Below, piece after piece: positions 24,755 through 38,800 of a stretch of DNA of 64,000 bases. A model generated the notes under the pieces. The model was not told the DNA's origin and searched no databases. It saw only the letters and a program-made list of their open reading frames with translations. Both the position numbers and the translations under genes were made by a program. Source of the stretch: Raillietiella orientalis (lineage: Eukaryota); contig JAYWIR010000004.1 of assembly GCA_036172245.1 (NCBI GenBank), positions 3,410,001-3,474,000 of the forward strand, in the 5' to 3' direction. Every line of letters begins with the position of its first letter. Position 1 is the stretch's first letter.

Positions 24755-25877
24755 TTAAAAATTCCTAATTGAACATACAAATCAATTCTGAGTCACATTA
24801 CTTTCAATACTCACTTGGCTAGCAGTCCATCACTTAATGCAAGTCTATTCACACAATCATCGGACTCACCCTTGAAATATATGTTATGTGAAAACTAAGA
24901 CAAATATTTTAAATACCATTCTTCGGATATTGCCACAAATTGCATATGTTTTATTGGTGCCAGTCATCCGCCCAGTGGTCTCATCAACTTCTGCTAAGTT
25001 AATCTGTATGGAAGCATGATCTTTGGCATGGATGATACGATTACTAGTTGAACTACAGATGGAAACGTTATTATGCAGGAGGTAGTTTTTAAACAATTTT
25101 CATCATATCACCACTTAAATTCATGCAAACTATATTACCCACCTAGCCTAACAGTGCTATCATCCATCATTATATTACATTTCTTAACTTATATAATATT
25201 TGAATAGACTCGATACGCACGATATAAATATACTTCACAGGTAATGTTTGCACTACTTTTTAGGGAAGCCATGTGACAATTTCAAATATGCAAAACAAAC
25301 GGCTACAAGCTATGTATGCTTAATGGTGAGGCATTTCGCAAATGCTACCTTTACCGGACATTATTTCATTTTTAATTCAAATTCCTTACTGTTCGATTCT
25401 ACATGTCAGTCCAAGGTTACAATATTTGCACAAACACTATGTAAATTTTATCATTATATTTACGAAGAGAATTTTCTAGGGTCAAATTATGCTTTTAAGT
25501 TTTACGTTCGGCTACGTACTACCGGGTGATGCTGGGAAACGGTATAAGTACTTATGAATATTCCAACAAGGATGCAACATGCAAAAATAAATGTACAGAA
25601 TGCTCTCAGCTGCTCGTAATGAGGATTATTATTGAGTTATGAAGGTTACAGCCATCACGTTCTATAATAAAGTGCAACTTTTTGATAATTTGACATAATA
25701 ATAAATGAAATAATCGGAAAAATATTAACGAACAGTCTCATGGGTATCTAAAGCTCATCCCAATAAGTACAAGAAAACTAAAACAATTATACTGCTTATT
25801 AGAAATGCTTTCTAAAACTTTACTTACCATTTTCTAGGAATATATAAATCAACAAAATCACCACCTTCACCTTCCAT
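24755..25877 (-). CDS. RPS21: 40S ribosomal protein S21 (eS21); 4 coding exons, 83 aa
   Basis: Exons 25877-25828, 25052-24917, 24870-24815 and 24764-24755 total 252 nt and translate to [83 protein letters not shown]. All introns are GT-AG (775, 46 and 50 nt). Confidence 0.97.
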
Positions 25878-28800
25878 TTTGAAAATGAAAACCCTTATGG
25901 TAACGCAATTCACGTATCGAGGATACAACTTAGCAAGATCCTCAGAACTATTTCAAACTATGTCTCCGATCCATTATGAAGCAAAAATGTGAAATATTGA
26001 ACATAAATAAAAAATAAAACCATGTATTCATTTCAAAAAACTCTAGTCCGAAAAACTTTAGTACATGTATTGTCGTCTTTTTTCCAATAATAATGGAGAG
26101 CTGCTATCAAATTCATAGGGATATGTAATTTTGAAGTTTGAAAAATGAAAAGTTTTCAGGTTTTGGACATTAAATTCAGATTTCATATATCTCCGATATT
26201 ATAAAATAATTACGATCTATACATTTTTTATCTCATCCTTTTCATTAGTGTTTCATTATTAAATTTGGCTGTTTGATATTTATTCCTATTTTATTATGGA
26301 CTTTGGAATTTTCATAATTAGATAAGTCATTGTGAGTAGGTTATTTCACATTTGAATGTTAGCATAGGTTTGTGAACATATGTTTCCTTTAATTCAGAAT
26401 CATTCACTATGTTTCACATACAGAGGTTGCTTTTGTTTACATCGAACTCTATACTTGGTTAGAACGGGGAATATGGTATACAGTTAAGCTTCTATACGTT
26501 AGTACAGTTACCACTTTAACCACTGCCTTAGGCAATGAAAGTTCGCACATAAGGTAACAAGTTTATCAAAGTCCTGAGAAGCTTGGAAAAGAGCTCTATT
26601 TATCTAGACGCCCACAACATCATTTATACAGCAAAGCTATTTAATTTAGAAACATGCTTATACCAACTAGAGAAAAAAAAGTGTCTTGAAGGATATTTAT
26701 AAGACAATACACAGACAAAAATAGACTCAACTCTTCATATGTGGCAAATCAATGTTCATTTTAGCTCACTCGCTATTACTATATCATCCTTGGTTTCCAT
26801 GCTACAGGAAGCTAAGGATGTTATACCCTGAGTATTTAGTGATGAGCCTAGACGTAAATGCAGAATCGCACATATGACATCAAAACTCTACCACCAAAGA
26901 CTAGTCATCAAAACGCAAACATAACGGAGTTTATTTAACAAGCCCACCAGATTCCACAGCGGGAGATTCCAAGATTCCAAAATGTGTGAAAATCATTCAC
27001 AGAAAATAATCTTTTGTTCGGTCAATCATACCCAGTGTGTGTCCTGTTTTTCAGATGTGTGCATACAATGGCCTTTAAAGTCAATATTAATGTCTCACTA
27101 TACCATACTATCATTGTTTGTAAGTACATATTTAGCCTTCTCATACAAATGGGATTACAAAAAGCAAAAAAAGCTTCTTCAAGATATGCAACACTTAGTC
27201 TTCCTAAATTTTGGAGAGAAATATCCAATTTTTTACGTGAGAAGAGCTCCTTGGCGATGGACCTTTTCTCAAAGATTGCTTTACATAGTGTTTACAGTGC
27301 AAATCAATTTTAACTCTGCCAGTGACTTAACGAAACTTTAATTTACTGATAGAGAAAGATATGAATACAAAAAAAATCCAATATATTTTATTCATATAAG
27401 ATTCTTGATAAAAATTCAATTATTCATCACTGAAGTACAGGAATGAATAAATTCAGAAGTAGACTATAACGTAATAGAAACTGCCAAGAGAGGGTTATAA
27501 CAAATGAATAAATATCTCAATATTAATAAGTGTTTGTGAAAAAAATGAAATGATCATACTACACTTAATATCATCGCTACAATGTGATTATTTTAAGAAT
27601 CATTGACCAAAACATGATTTACTATCACTATCTCCAACAAGGGATGAGCACATAATACGTTAACTGCTGCGCTGAATATTTTAGCTAATGCTTTTTCATG
27701 ACTCATATCGAATAAAAGTGGAGTTATGTAAAACCATCTCTCTCGATACTGAAAAAGTCATTTATAGCTTTTATTTTTTGAGAAATCTTGTAAGCCAGAT
27801 TTTAGAGTTTCTGCTGAAAGCAATAAAAATGGCTCCAAAGCAGCTGTCTGGATAAGAAAGCTAGAGATCCCAATCCAACGGACCAACATACCAGGAAAGG
27901 AAATTCCTGAAAATTGATCTAGAGAAATAAGCACAAAGTAGAAAATTTATGTTGAGGAACTTCTGCATGACCTCTGCTTTGGAAACAGTTAGCCTTATGT
28001 TTGGTCAATCACTAGTGGAGTTGCATTTATGATCTTTAGGAATATACGTTTATAACTGAGGAAAGAATATTTCGTATCAATTCTTAAACCATATTATTTA
28101 TATTAACCCACAAGGTACAATAGAATTCAAAAACAGGCTACGTTTCCACGCAGAAGTCTCGCGATTTTTCTGAAAATGGCAGTTTCAAAGAAAATATTCA
28201 TCCTGTGAAGTTGTGAAGCGGATTTGAAAAATGATTGTAGTTAGAAACATCTCTCTATTTATGTGGAAAATACAACGAAGCAATATCCTTTCTCCAGGAG
28301 TTTGCAGAATTTTGAAAAAGGAAAACAGTACTTTGTCGGTTTGCGCGTGGTGCACAAGTGGCATGCTCCATGTATTTGAATCCATATGAATATTTCCCGA
28401 ATTCTTTGTACAGTTTGAACCTGAACCAAAATTTTATACGTGTATGATTACACGTATCCTATGTATGGAGGTCTCTCTGGAGGAGAGAGTAAAATTGGAA
28501 CGTCATCATGAATAAGAAACCATGACAATTAATTATTAATATATGACCGGAAACTAGGTGATATTAATAATCAAAACAGGATAATAATGATGCATTATTC
28601 CATTCATGGTAACAGTTAATATTTTTATGCTCAACAAATTAGTTCTGTCATTCATAGGAAACAAAATAGGAAATTATTTTGAATTTCGGCAGCGTAAACT
28701 GGAAGCTCATTGAACGTTAAGAAATGAAAGTATCTGCCATCACGCCTAACTATAAAGTTCGTATTATATTGAAAAATTAAATTTCTTAAAGTATGGAGGA

Positions 28801-29728
28801 TGGCACATCAGTATCAATTTTGCTTTATGAATACACTGTAAATCAATTTCCATTACATTCGGAAGGTTTACAGATGATTCGAACTGATTTTTGCTTCATT
28901 TTTGTCTCTGGGACGCAGGTAGGTTGATTTTGTGGAATTCACTTCTCTTCTGTATTCTGTTCCAGTAGGCAAGCAGCTTTCAGCAGCTACTTTCGCAGTT
29001 CTAGCATAATTTTCACCATCTCCCAATAACCTACCTGAAACTCAATCATTCTTTTTTATATTTATTTTTTGGAACATTCCATGATTTCCATTTCCTTGGA
29101 CATTAGCTGGTGACTACATCTCTCCTTTACGAAAAGACTCAAGGGTGCTAATTTGAATAGTGGCCAGGAATGAGGCAATGAACCTTGGATAGCTCGATTC
29201 CATTGCCTACCTGCAGATCAGCGTCTTCTTACATCAACCCATAAATTGCATTTGCATTGCGTGAAAAAAAAAAAAAAAAAATCGATTGCTTCTTAAGGAT
29301 TCCCTTTGCTAAAAGTTCTGGAACGCCAATTCAGACAACCTACTGGAATAGTTGCGACACTGCAATCTGCTTCAGTTGTCTTTTGTATGGAATCTGATTC
29401 TTTGGCCCAATTAATCAGAGAGAATTTCTTAAATCTTCTTGCATAAAACTTTCATGCTCGTTGATTTTTGATAATTTGCAAATATGAATGTGATAAAACA
29501 GTTTAGTCCTAAAGAAAACCAAATGGTCAAATATACTGGTATTGTTACATTACTAATTATTTCGAAGTTTGGTACCTTGACGGTTAAAATATCTTGAAAA
29601 TAATAAGAAACTGAAGTTGGTTATGTTTTCTCAAATCCGAAGCTTCACTTCCCTTGCTATTTATCTAAGTAGAGAATTTTCTTTATTCAGAAGAACATGG
29701 CTAATATCGAGTCGTGTCAAGAACTTTG

Positions 29729-29827
29729 TCAAGAGTGAAATACTAAATACTACAAAGAATTCACAATAAAATTCTATATTTATGTTAGACAGATATCAAG
29801 CAATGGATTGATGTATTTACAAATGCC
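29729..29827. repeat. 99-bp direct repeat, copy 1
   Basis: tcaagagtgaaatactaaatac...gtatttacaaatgcc matches 30857-30955 with 3 substitutions and no gaps. Confidence 0.95.
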
Positions 29828-30172
29828 ATAGCACCCTAATATGCATTTTTTCATCTGTGGTTGAATGAAGTGACCTCGAGAAAAAAAAAAAAGGTTTCTA
29901 AGCACGGATAAAAACTTGGGTAAATAGTACCTAATACCTCAACAATACTTTTTTTATGCTATACTTTTTCTAACTGAAAATCATTGAAAACTCGAGTGAA
30001 AATTTTTGCTGCTGATGTTGCTGAGATTTCCCCATTGAAAAACATTTTCCCAAAAATCCAAAATACAATAACCACAATTCACCTAGTGGTGCCATAAAAA
30101 GTGGATGGAAGAAATGAAGAATTAATTGGGCATTCTTGGCACTGAAACACTTTTTCTATCAATATGTGTTGA

Positions 30173-30229
30173 CCAGTTTGGAAAACAGACAAATGCTTTT
30201 AAAAAGCATTTGTCTGTTTTCCAAACTGG
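30173..30229. repeat. Perfect 28-bp inverted repeat with 1-nt spacer
   Basis: ccagtttggaaaacagacaaatgctttt-a-aaaagcatttgtctgttttccaaactgg; the arms are exact reverse complements. Confidence 0.97.
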
Positions 30230-30856
30230 ATTCGCTGATCTAAAAACACCTGTTAAGTCGATCAATAACTGTCTCTCGTAGTGAGAAAATTATTTAACAT
30301 TAATAAAAACTACCCACCTATAGTAAATAATAATAAAGTTTCATTGAAATACTTAATGTTATTGAAAGTAATCTTTAAAACACCGACTTATGCATCGTAA
30401 TATTGAGAGCCATCAACAATGGAACTTACATTGACATTTTTTCATTTACAACTTTTATTTCCATGCATTTGACTTTCATGAACCAATGCTCAAGTTAAGA
30501 TGCACTAACAAATACCTAACAAGATCCAAAATTAACACAAAAAAAACAGTTGAAATTAATTGCAGGAAATCATTTTTTCCTTTTCTTTCTGTCCTGCTCT
30601 CTTGCATGTACAATAAATGCTATTGTTGGTTGTATTGCATATAAAACTGAAAATTAGACAGCTTGTCAAAACATACCTCTAATCATGTGTACAACCCTCC
30701 AAGCACTTTTGCTCTTTGCTAATTCCTTGCTGTGGTCATCTCTTCAATCATTACAGCTGGCATACACTTTTTGTGATGAGAACTGATATCTCCAAGTCAT
30801 CAAGTGATTTTGTTGCTCACAATATTATTCCTTCCAACAATTTTCCAGTTTTGAAA

Positions 30857-30955
30857 TCAAGAATGAAATACTGAATACTACAAAGAATTCACAATAAAAT
30901 TCTACATTTATGTTAGACAGATATCAAGCAATGGATTGATGTATTTACAAATGCC
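30857..30955. repeat. 99-bp direct repeat, copy 2, followed by T10
   Basis: 96/99 identical to 29729-29827 by direct comparison. Confidence 0.95.
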
Positions 30956-31410
30956 TTTTTTTTTTCAAATTTCTTTTGAATTTTTCGATCACGTATCACC
31001 AACTACATTTTTTCAGCAAGGTTAATTTAAAATGCAACAATTCTGCAATTGTTTCTTGTGAAACGTACTTCCCCTCTGAAATTACTTTAGTTTTTAATTC
31101 AAGAATGTTTATTTTAATCTTCTGTAAGTACAAATCTACTACAAAAACTGACAGCAGACATGCTTCTTGATTATTGTTGCTCTTCACTTATTTGCAAGGA
31201 CTGAACAGAAAATTAGTTATAAGGACTTGATATGTTCTGAGCTGAAATACAGCACTAAAATATGATCTTATAAAATTTTCTGTTCCTAGTTTCCATGGTA
31301 TCCTTGAATTACAGGTCACATAGGTATGAAATCTTTGCACCATTCTTCATGTCTATGCAAATTTTCATTTAACTACCAATTTGGAAATTTATTGGTAGCA
31401 AAATCACAAC

Positions 31411-34400
31411 TTAATCAATCTTCACAGCTGCATAGATTTTACGCACAAATATGTAAGTTGCATAGAAGCCCATTGTGCCAGTCAGAAGCCAGAATGTGAG
31501 CACCATGACTATAGTATAAGCAAAGTAAAGCACTGTTGGCACAAAATCTCGAATTTCCAATTTAGTTAGGAAATAAAATACGGAATACACAAAGATGTAC
31601 ACTGCAGACCCACCTGCTGTAAACAAACTGCGCCACCACCAATGATAATTCTAGAAGGAAGAAAAAAGTCTTCAACTTCGGATTGTTTGAAACTTACCTC
31701 ATTGCACAGCATCAAATAAATCATAAGTACGGATACTTGGAAGCAACACACTAATATGATGATTAAGAAAAGAAACAAAACTCCAAAAAGAGAGTAAATA
31801 TGGCTCTCCCAAATTGCAGTCAGAATAAAGAACAGTTCCACAAACATGGCTCCAAAAGGCAACAGTCCAGCAATCAATGTGCTACATCAAAATAAAGTAA
31901 AGTTTAATAACTTGGGGAGCTCACCTGATAACAGGTTTCAGATACCATGGCTGATCAGGGATTTGTCGGGGAATTTGGTGCACTCTTACTGGCTGACCAT
32001 ATGGCTGCTTACGATAACCAAAATAGTAACCCAAAAATACTAACGGAAGAGAAATTCCAAACCACATCAACAGTAGTTGGAACATTGTGCCAACAGGCAC
32101 AGCACCACTACTGCCTGCTCCAAGAAGAAATGCATTCAGTAAAGTATATGTGCCCAAAGCAAATCCTGGATATAAGGTGGCTGTCAGCAATGCTGAATGC
32201 CGCCACTGTTTGCCTCTAAATGTTTTGTATAATCTGGCTGCTTGATAACCAGCCACAAGTCCCATAAATACATATAAAAAAAGTCCACATGTCATGAGAG
32301 TTCCTCGACTAGCTGGAGACAACATGCCAAGCATTGCTAGGACTACTCAAGCTTGATTTGTGCATAAATATACCAATACAAAACTTACATAAAGTGATGA
32401 CAATCATTAAGAAAACTTGGATTCCTGAGCCAATCAATGCTACAAAAAGTTTTGGTCTTGATGGAGGTCTGAAGACATCACCATGAACCATTTTCCACCC
32501 AGATTCTTCTAATGACTCTTCCAATGACTCTACTTGATTGTATTTGGCAATATCTCGTCTCAGCGTACGAATTAAAATCATACTTAAAATCCCTACAACA
32601 CATTCATGTTGCATTCTATATCTACTTACCAGATAAAAACAGAACTACCATTACTGAATTAATAATTGAAAACCAATGGATTTGAGCATCAGCCATGGAG
32701 GCATAGGTGTCCCAACGTGATGCCCATTTCACAGAAGACTGCTGCCACTGAACAGAATAAGCAAACAGCAAGTTCGTTGGACCATCCTTGTGAACTGCTT
32801 GTGGAGGATCAGAAAAGCTAAATTGACAGCGGCCATGATCTACATTCATGTGCTTCAGATCCACACTAGTTGGTTCTACCATAAAGCGTACCACACGAAA
32901 GGTATGTCTGATAACATACCAGCATAATTAACACGTAAATTGTATTATTACCCATCTTCTGTATGATAATGCAAAATGAACCGCAGAACATTGTTAATAT
33001 ATGCTTGTTCCTTATCTATGAAACCCAACTTGTAACCATTCTCATACAATTCCTCTTTGTCAACAAAATATCTTGTCACACAAGGTAAGTTGTCAACAGA
33101 CCTAGAAAATCGATAATTTTACATCAATGACTTGCAGCATTATTTGGAACAATATATTAACTGTTAGTAGATAGGATACATAATAAGTTAATCAAGTAAA
33201 TCCATTTGATTCATTTACTATAACCAGCAGTACATTATTTTTAAAATTATGAAATCTAAACGCTTATGGATGAAATAGGATTACTGCAAAGAAAATGAAA
33301 TCCTAAAACAGTATCAATGAAAATTCACAAAAAAAAAATGCTCCTAATGTAGAAAATCAAGTTGGTTTGGTAATTTCAGTTTGATCATCCCTAAATGCTT
33401 TCTGTTGATATAAGAAACCTTCTGCCTCATCCTCAATAATAAGGAATTAAGATATGCTGCAAATATTCTTTACATCCCTTAAAGTTCTAAAAAACCGGCT
33501 CATAACACAAATATGAAAAAGTGGGTTCGTATGAAAATGCTCACGAACTTTCTCTTCTATTTACTCATAGCAAAGTCATTTGCGAAGTAAAACTCAGTAG
33601 TAGCGCAAAATGTATTGGTTAATTTCTAAAATTGTATTTTCATAATGTCTCTAGTGTAATTTACGGTAAATATATTATGATTCATGGCTCATGATCAAAA
33701 ATCAGGCACTGCATTTACAAAAAAACATACATTTTGAATGCACATTTGGATACACCTAAATTGTTCCAATTTAATTTTTTAAATATTTTTAAAAATTAGA
33801 TCCAAGATAACGAAAATTTTGGGAAAAATTGATTTTGTAAAATGATCTGAAAATGGCCAAAATATTGCATCAGCATTAATTCTGAATATATAACTATAAC
33901 TGTCTTGCAAATATTTCCGAAATCAAATTAAATGTCTAACATCACTGAACAAATCTGATTATTTAATATGTTACCAAAACGATCAATTGTTTTAAGTTTG
34001 AAGACTAGAATTACATGCAATCTGAACCTGTGTCTATAAAAGAAACTCATAATTAAGATTGGATGACTATTAATCGGTAGCAGAAATGTTTGAAAAATGC
34101 ATCCAAAAATTTGGTTGTTCTACTTTACAACTTTTCTAACCCATAGATCTAGACCATGAGAATTGACAAGGCATGCTTGATGAAATATTGCCATCTTGGA
34201 ATATTCACTCACAAGTGCACAGAATAGCCTTTCTGAATTTTATCTATTACATCTACACTTGATTCTGAAGTCCATACTAAAGGATGCTGATGATTGCCAC
34301 ACACTAATTTGCAATCAACATCTTCTTTCATGTTGATCTGGTAGGATGTATTACTAATGCGGTCACCAAGAAGAATCTCACCTGAAACGAAATCAGAACT

Positions 34401-35846
34401 ATACATGTGTTGACATCTGCTATACAGCACCTTTGAGAAAACATTAACAGGATCACAAAAAATCGATCCTAATGTTTGAAAAGTAAATCTAAACCATGCA
34501 AGTTGAAGATTGTACTATCTTCAACTTGCACCAAGAAAAATACTCATGCAATCAAAAAACATGTTTGAAAGAAATATAAAAAGAAATTTGACAAGACCAA
34601 GCTTTACAAAGAGACACAGTAGAGACAGGAATACGAGGTTTTAAAAAATATTTGAGATCTTATTCATTTGGATTCAATATTTAAAAATAAAAAAAAATTG
34701 TTCACTTTTGAAACAAAATTTTGATTTGTGAAACAAATGGCAAAAAGTAAATCATAAAGTTCTCTCATCCATTTCGACAATTTGTCGTTAAATGAAAAAT
34801 AATACAGAATTCAAATGTTCCTTTGTTTAAAAAAACGAATTTACGCACTTCAGAGTTATAGATGTGAAATTTGGATGAGATCTCATTCATTCAAACTTCC
34901 CAAAGATTCAATTTGCATTTATTTTGCATTATTTGCCATCCAAATTAATAACATCCAAAGTGTAAAACTTAATCCAACTTAATACATTTATACATGACTT
35001 CAAACCGTACTCATAAATTACATTGGGTAGTGAATTGCACTTTTATTGAAAACGTTAATGCACGGAACATTCGTAAGTCCTTGATTTTAGTTGATTATTG
35101 CATTAAAACAGATTTTACTTTCGAATATATACTAGATCAAACAGTTAAACTTATGAAGTATAATAACAATCTTTACTTTTAATGTACTAAATGACATGCT
35201 ATCTTTAACTGTCTTGTTTACTTCCAATATCTTTAATATACTGAAAGCAAATGCATCCAAAGAACTACTTGCAATGTCCTTGTTAGCTTTCAAATAATCC
35301 ATTCAAGGTTTACTTCAATCAAGTCAGTGGATTTGTCCCTTCAGTAAAAGATAAGCTGTCTTTGAAATCAACAATGAAAAATTATAAACAGCTATATGCA
35401 CAGATACATAATATGCAATGATACAACTGCAAGACATAGTAAAATTGAAAGCATAAACAAAACAAAAAAAAAAAAGACATGTATTTTTGCTTTAATTAAA
35501 AATTCTAAATATTGTGATACAATATTATTATCATGATCACCGAACTGACTATTTCAATTTAAACACGGAAATGAAGTGAAAAATTCATGCGTTTACCAAG
35601 ATTTTCATATTTATAAACAATTTTTTCAGGTCTACAAAATGGGAGGGAGTAGTAATCGTAAGGTATATGTGTTCGCAGACTAGCTAATTTAACAGCCTTC
35701 ACTTCTACTTTGTCTCCTTGATGAAATTCAACTGGAGCTGCCCCAGGAATATAAAATCCATTACTACATTTAGACAGTAATGCAAGTAACAGAAGCACTT
35801 GAGAGCACATTCTTTTCAATATTACACAGTCACGTTTATTTTGCAT
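31411..35846 (-). CDS. TM9SF4: Transmembrane 9 superfamily member 4 (nonaspanin/EMP70 family); 8 coding exons, ~630 aa
   Basis: Exons 35846-35597, 34381-34213, 33101-32952, 32907-32630, 32592-32389, 32342-31925, 31881-31698 and 31650-31411 total 1893 nt in one frame. Motifs: signal peptide then [41 protein letters not shown] and QIPRQIP. The C-terminal KIYAAVKID is the TM9SF4-type end with a KxD Golgi-retention motif. The start could be the second Met (MCSQ). Confidence 0.93.
34497..34530. repeat. 14-bp inverted repeat with 6-nt spacer in TM9SF4 intron 1
   Basis: tgcaagttgaagat-tgtact-atcttcaacttgca. Confidence 0.9.
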
Positions 35847-38800
35847 GTCTTCTCAATTCTGCAAATACACATAAAAAGGTTGAAAATATTTAATCAAATA
35901 TTACAAATGATCATATCTAAGCAAGACAGCAAGAGCTTAAAAGTATGACATTCACTCAGCATTTCCCTCATATGCTTAGCAATGAAAACAACCACATGTG
36001 ATGATTTCATGTAAGTTACTATGCAGTACAGAATACACTCTATTAAAAAGGCATCACATTTGACTTTTTAAATCAAATTCATTTTCACTGAAGTTTGGAA
36101 TCTTAACAAATTCAATTTTTGATTCTACTTGTTCCTGTGCTGAGTACACAACTCAGTTATTTTATTTTAACTTCATTTATTTTAACCTTCAGTTTATTTT
36201 AACTTCATGGATGAAACAAACAATAACATTTCAAATTAGAAAAACGCTTTAGAAAACCTGTAGAGATGTTAAAAATCTTCGACCGGGGCATTAAATACGG
36301 TCGTTTTCATAAATATTAGTGCTTTAAAAAAAAGTTATGATTCATTCAGGAAACGCGTAAGGCTTCTAAATGAAGCTATACGATGTATACACAGACACCG
36401 TAGGGCTGCATGAATGAAATGACCCAAACTATAAGAATTATTTAATATACATACTGACTTTATTTCACCAAAATGCATATCCAGACAGAGTTTACGACAC
36501 AGGCATGATACGATAATAATTCCCACATATATGCCTTGCTCCTTGTACAATGAACAAAATAACATGAAAGTTTATTGACTTCTTGGCAAACACTTCCACC
36601 TCGGCATGCTACTTCAGACGTACCTGCCAACGTACACGGGCAAGCACGTGGAATGACCCGTCGAAATTTCGCATGCTCAGAATCAATCGAAACTCCAGCA
36701 ATGACAACCAGGCGAGATTAAGCCGAGCTAAGACGTTGCTTGAGAAACCAATGGCACCGTAAACAAAACAACAAGCCAAGGGCTAGGACCACACTGGTGG
36801 CTGGGCATGCACGTAACTACCTTAGACCTGAAACTCGGAAAAAGGTCGAAAGCAAAACTGATCCTTGAAGTTTCTGAACATTCCCACATGTTTTCCTGCT
36901 CCCATCTGGGAACGCACTGAAAATCATCCGTAGTGCCTGGAGGAATTTAAGCAGGGAATGCCGAAAGTTGAAGATTTGCAGCATACACCCTCGTACAATC
37001 CGGTCGATCTTGTCTACATCTGAGCTGACTGATCGACCTTTCCTTTTCGTTCTGCATCATTACCAGCTGGTGAAAATTTCCTGGTGACCATCCATTAAAC
37101 ACCGCCGACGGATCTGATCTTTTCCAGATCTTGCACCGCCGCACCTCCTGGGACAGACCGCTGCATAGCAGCAAGAGCTCAATAAATCCAAGTTCACTGG
37201 ATGATTCAGAAGTCCAGCATTTAGCTGGGACTGACCACTCTACACAACAGTAACGTGATGTTTTGCATAATCTAGAGTGGTTGATTCCAAGCTGGGCCTT
37301 CATCCTCATCGCAAGAGTCCAGCGCGATTATTTGTGTCTTGCTGGAAGCTTCCACGTCGTGATTTTCTATGCTGAATTCATTCGGGGGCAGCTATCGTTG
37401 CAGCAGCACTTGAGTGACATTTCTGCTGGTTCAGCCCTTGAATGTGCATTCCAGTTGATCAAGCTATACATAGCACTCATTCCTTTAGTTTAAAGCAAAA
37501 ATAAATCAGAAAGTAATTTATTACGAAGAAACAAAGAATGAAACAAAAACAAACATAGCCAGTCATTTGTTTACCCAAGACCTTCATGTCAAATATAACT
37601 TGACTGCATTTAACGCAAAATGTTACGTAAATTGTTTTCCCCAGATGTCCACCATCATGAGGGCAGATTGCAGAAGATACATTTTGAATCCACCATGTTT
37701 CCTTTTTAACAGTTTAAAACAGTGTCTAACATTAAACATAGTTTAACTTTTCTTAGATCAAACTCTTTCAGAGATTGCTTTCCCATTTGCATTTGGTATC
37801 TGCGGCTGGAAGTTTGAAAAAGAGTTCTACTGCTTAGAAGAAAACTATGAGAAATCTCACTCAGAATATTACCAACGTAAACTGAAGTTTTATTACATCT
37901 TTGAAAAGATGGCATTACATAGACCATCAGTCTGTTTTATTTGTTTGTTTTTCGAATGCTGGCGTTTAAAATGACTTGATATATCACTTTATAAAATTAG
38001 CAGATACAAAAGAAAACTCGCACATGTATAATCGATTATACTTATAACCGATTCATAAACTATTAGTGAATCTGTAGAATACTCTGATGTTGCTTTAAAT
38101 ATGGATTCAAGAGATAAAAACCTGAGTCGTATTACAGTGAACAACTTTTCAGGGGAACCAAACGCTAGCGAAATCTGATTTCTTATGACTTTGCCTACAT
38201 CCAGTGAAATATTCGGATATTCACCATTTTCACTTTTCTGATTCAAATTGGAATTTAAAATCATATCTCAGACTCAGGTGACGATAAAAAAAACACTAGA
38301 CCCAGCCTCAAGGACATATTCTCTAGACTGTCTAATCAAAGTTGATTTTTCGGAAAAACATCTGAAAGACTAACAGCACTAGGATTTATATTCCTCGGGA
38401 TCGCTTCACGAAGAATGATTCGTGTGTTCATGAAGAGAAGGTGAACGAGATCTTTTCGAGTGATAAATAATCGTCCAAGGAACGGTATCCAATTGCATCC
38501 ATATTATGGCCGATAGATACAAAAGATTTCTAAGTTGATAGAAAAGTCTTCCTAGAGGCTAAGGAATGATTTCGTGTTGCTGCCTTCTTTTTTGGTTTTT
38601 CTTGTGTGGAATATGCAACCAATCTCATGGTGATAGTAGCCTTCGCAAGAATCAAATAAAACACCATACAAAAAATTTTCTCTTGGAAAAATCAAAGTAT
38701 GTCTAATGGAACTTAACTTTCTTCGTAGGATTATTCCGTAAGTCTAAGCATTAAGTTCGGTGGAACCTTCATCGAGTTTTTAACATACCCTAGAGAAGAA

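Noticed and set aside
25606..25658. Possible C/D snoRNA (GTGATGG...CTGA) in the RPS21 intron
   Set aside because: Imperfect C box, only about 53 nt long, and no rRNA-complementary guide that I could identify.
26440..26530. tRNA-like A box (GGCAGTGGTTAAAG) and B box (GAGTTCGAT) on the minus strand
   Set aside because: No acceptor or T stem can be folded; at most a decayed SINE head.
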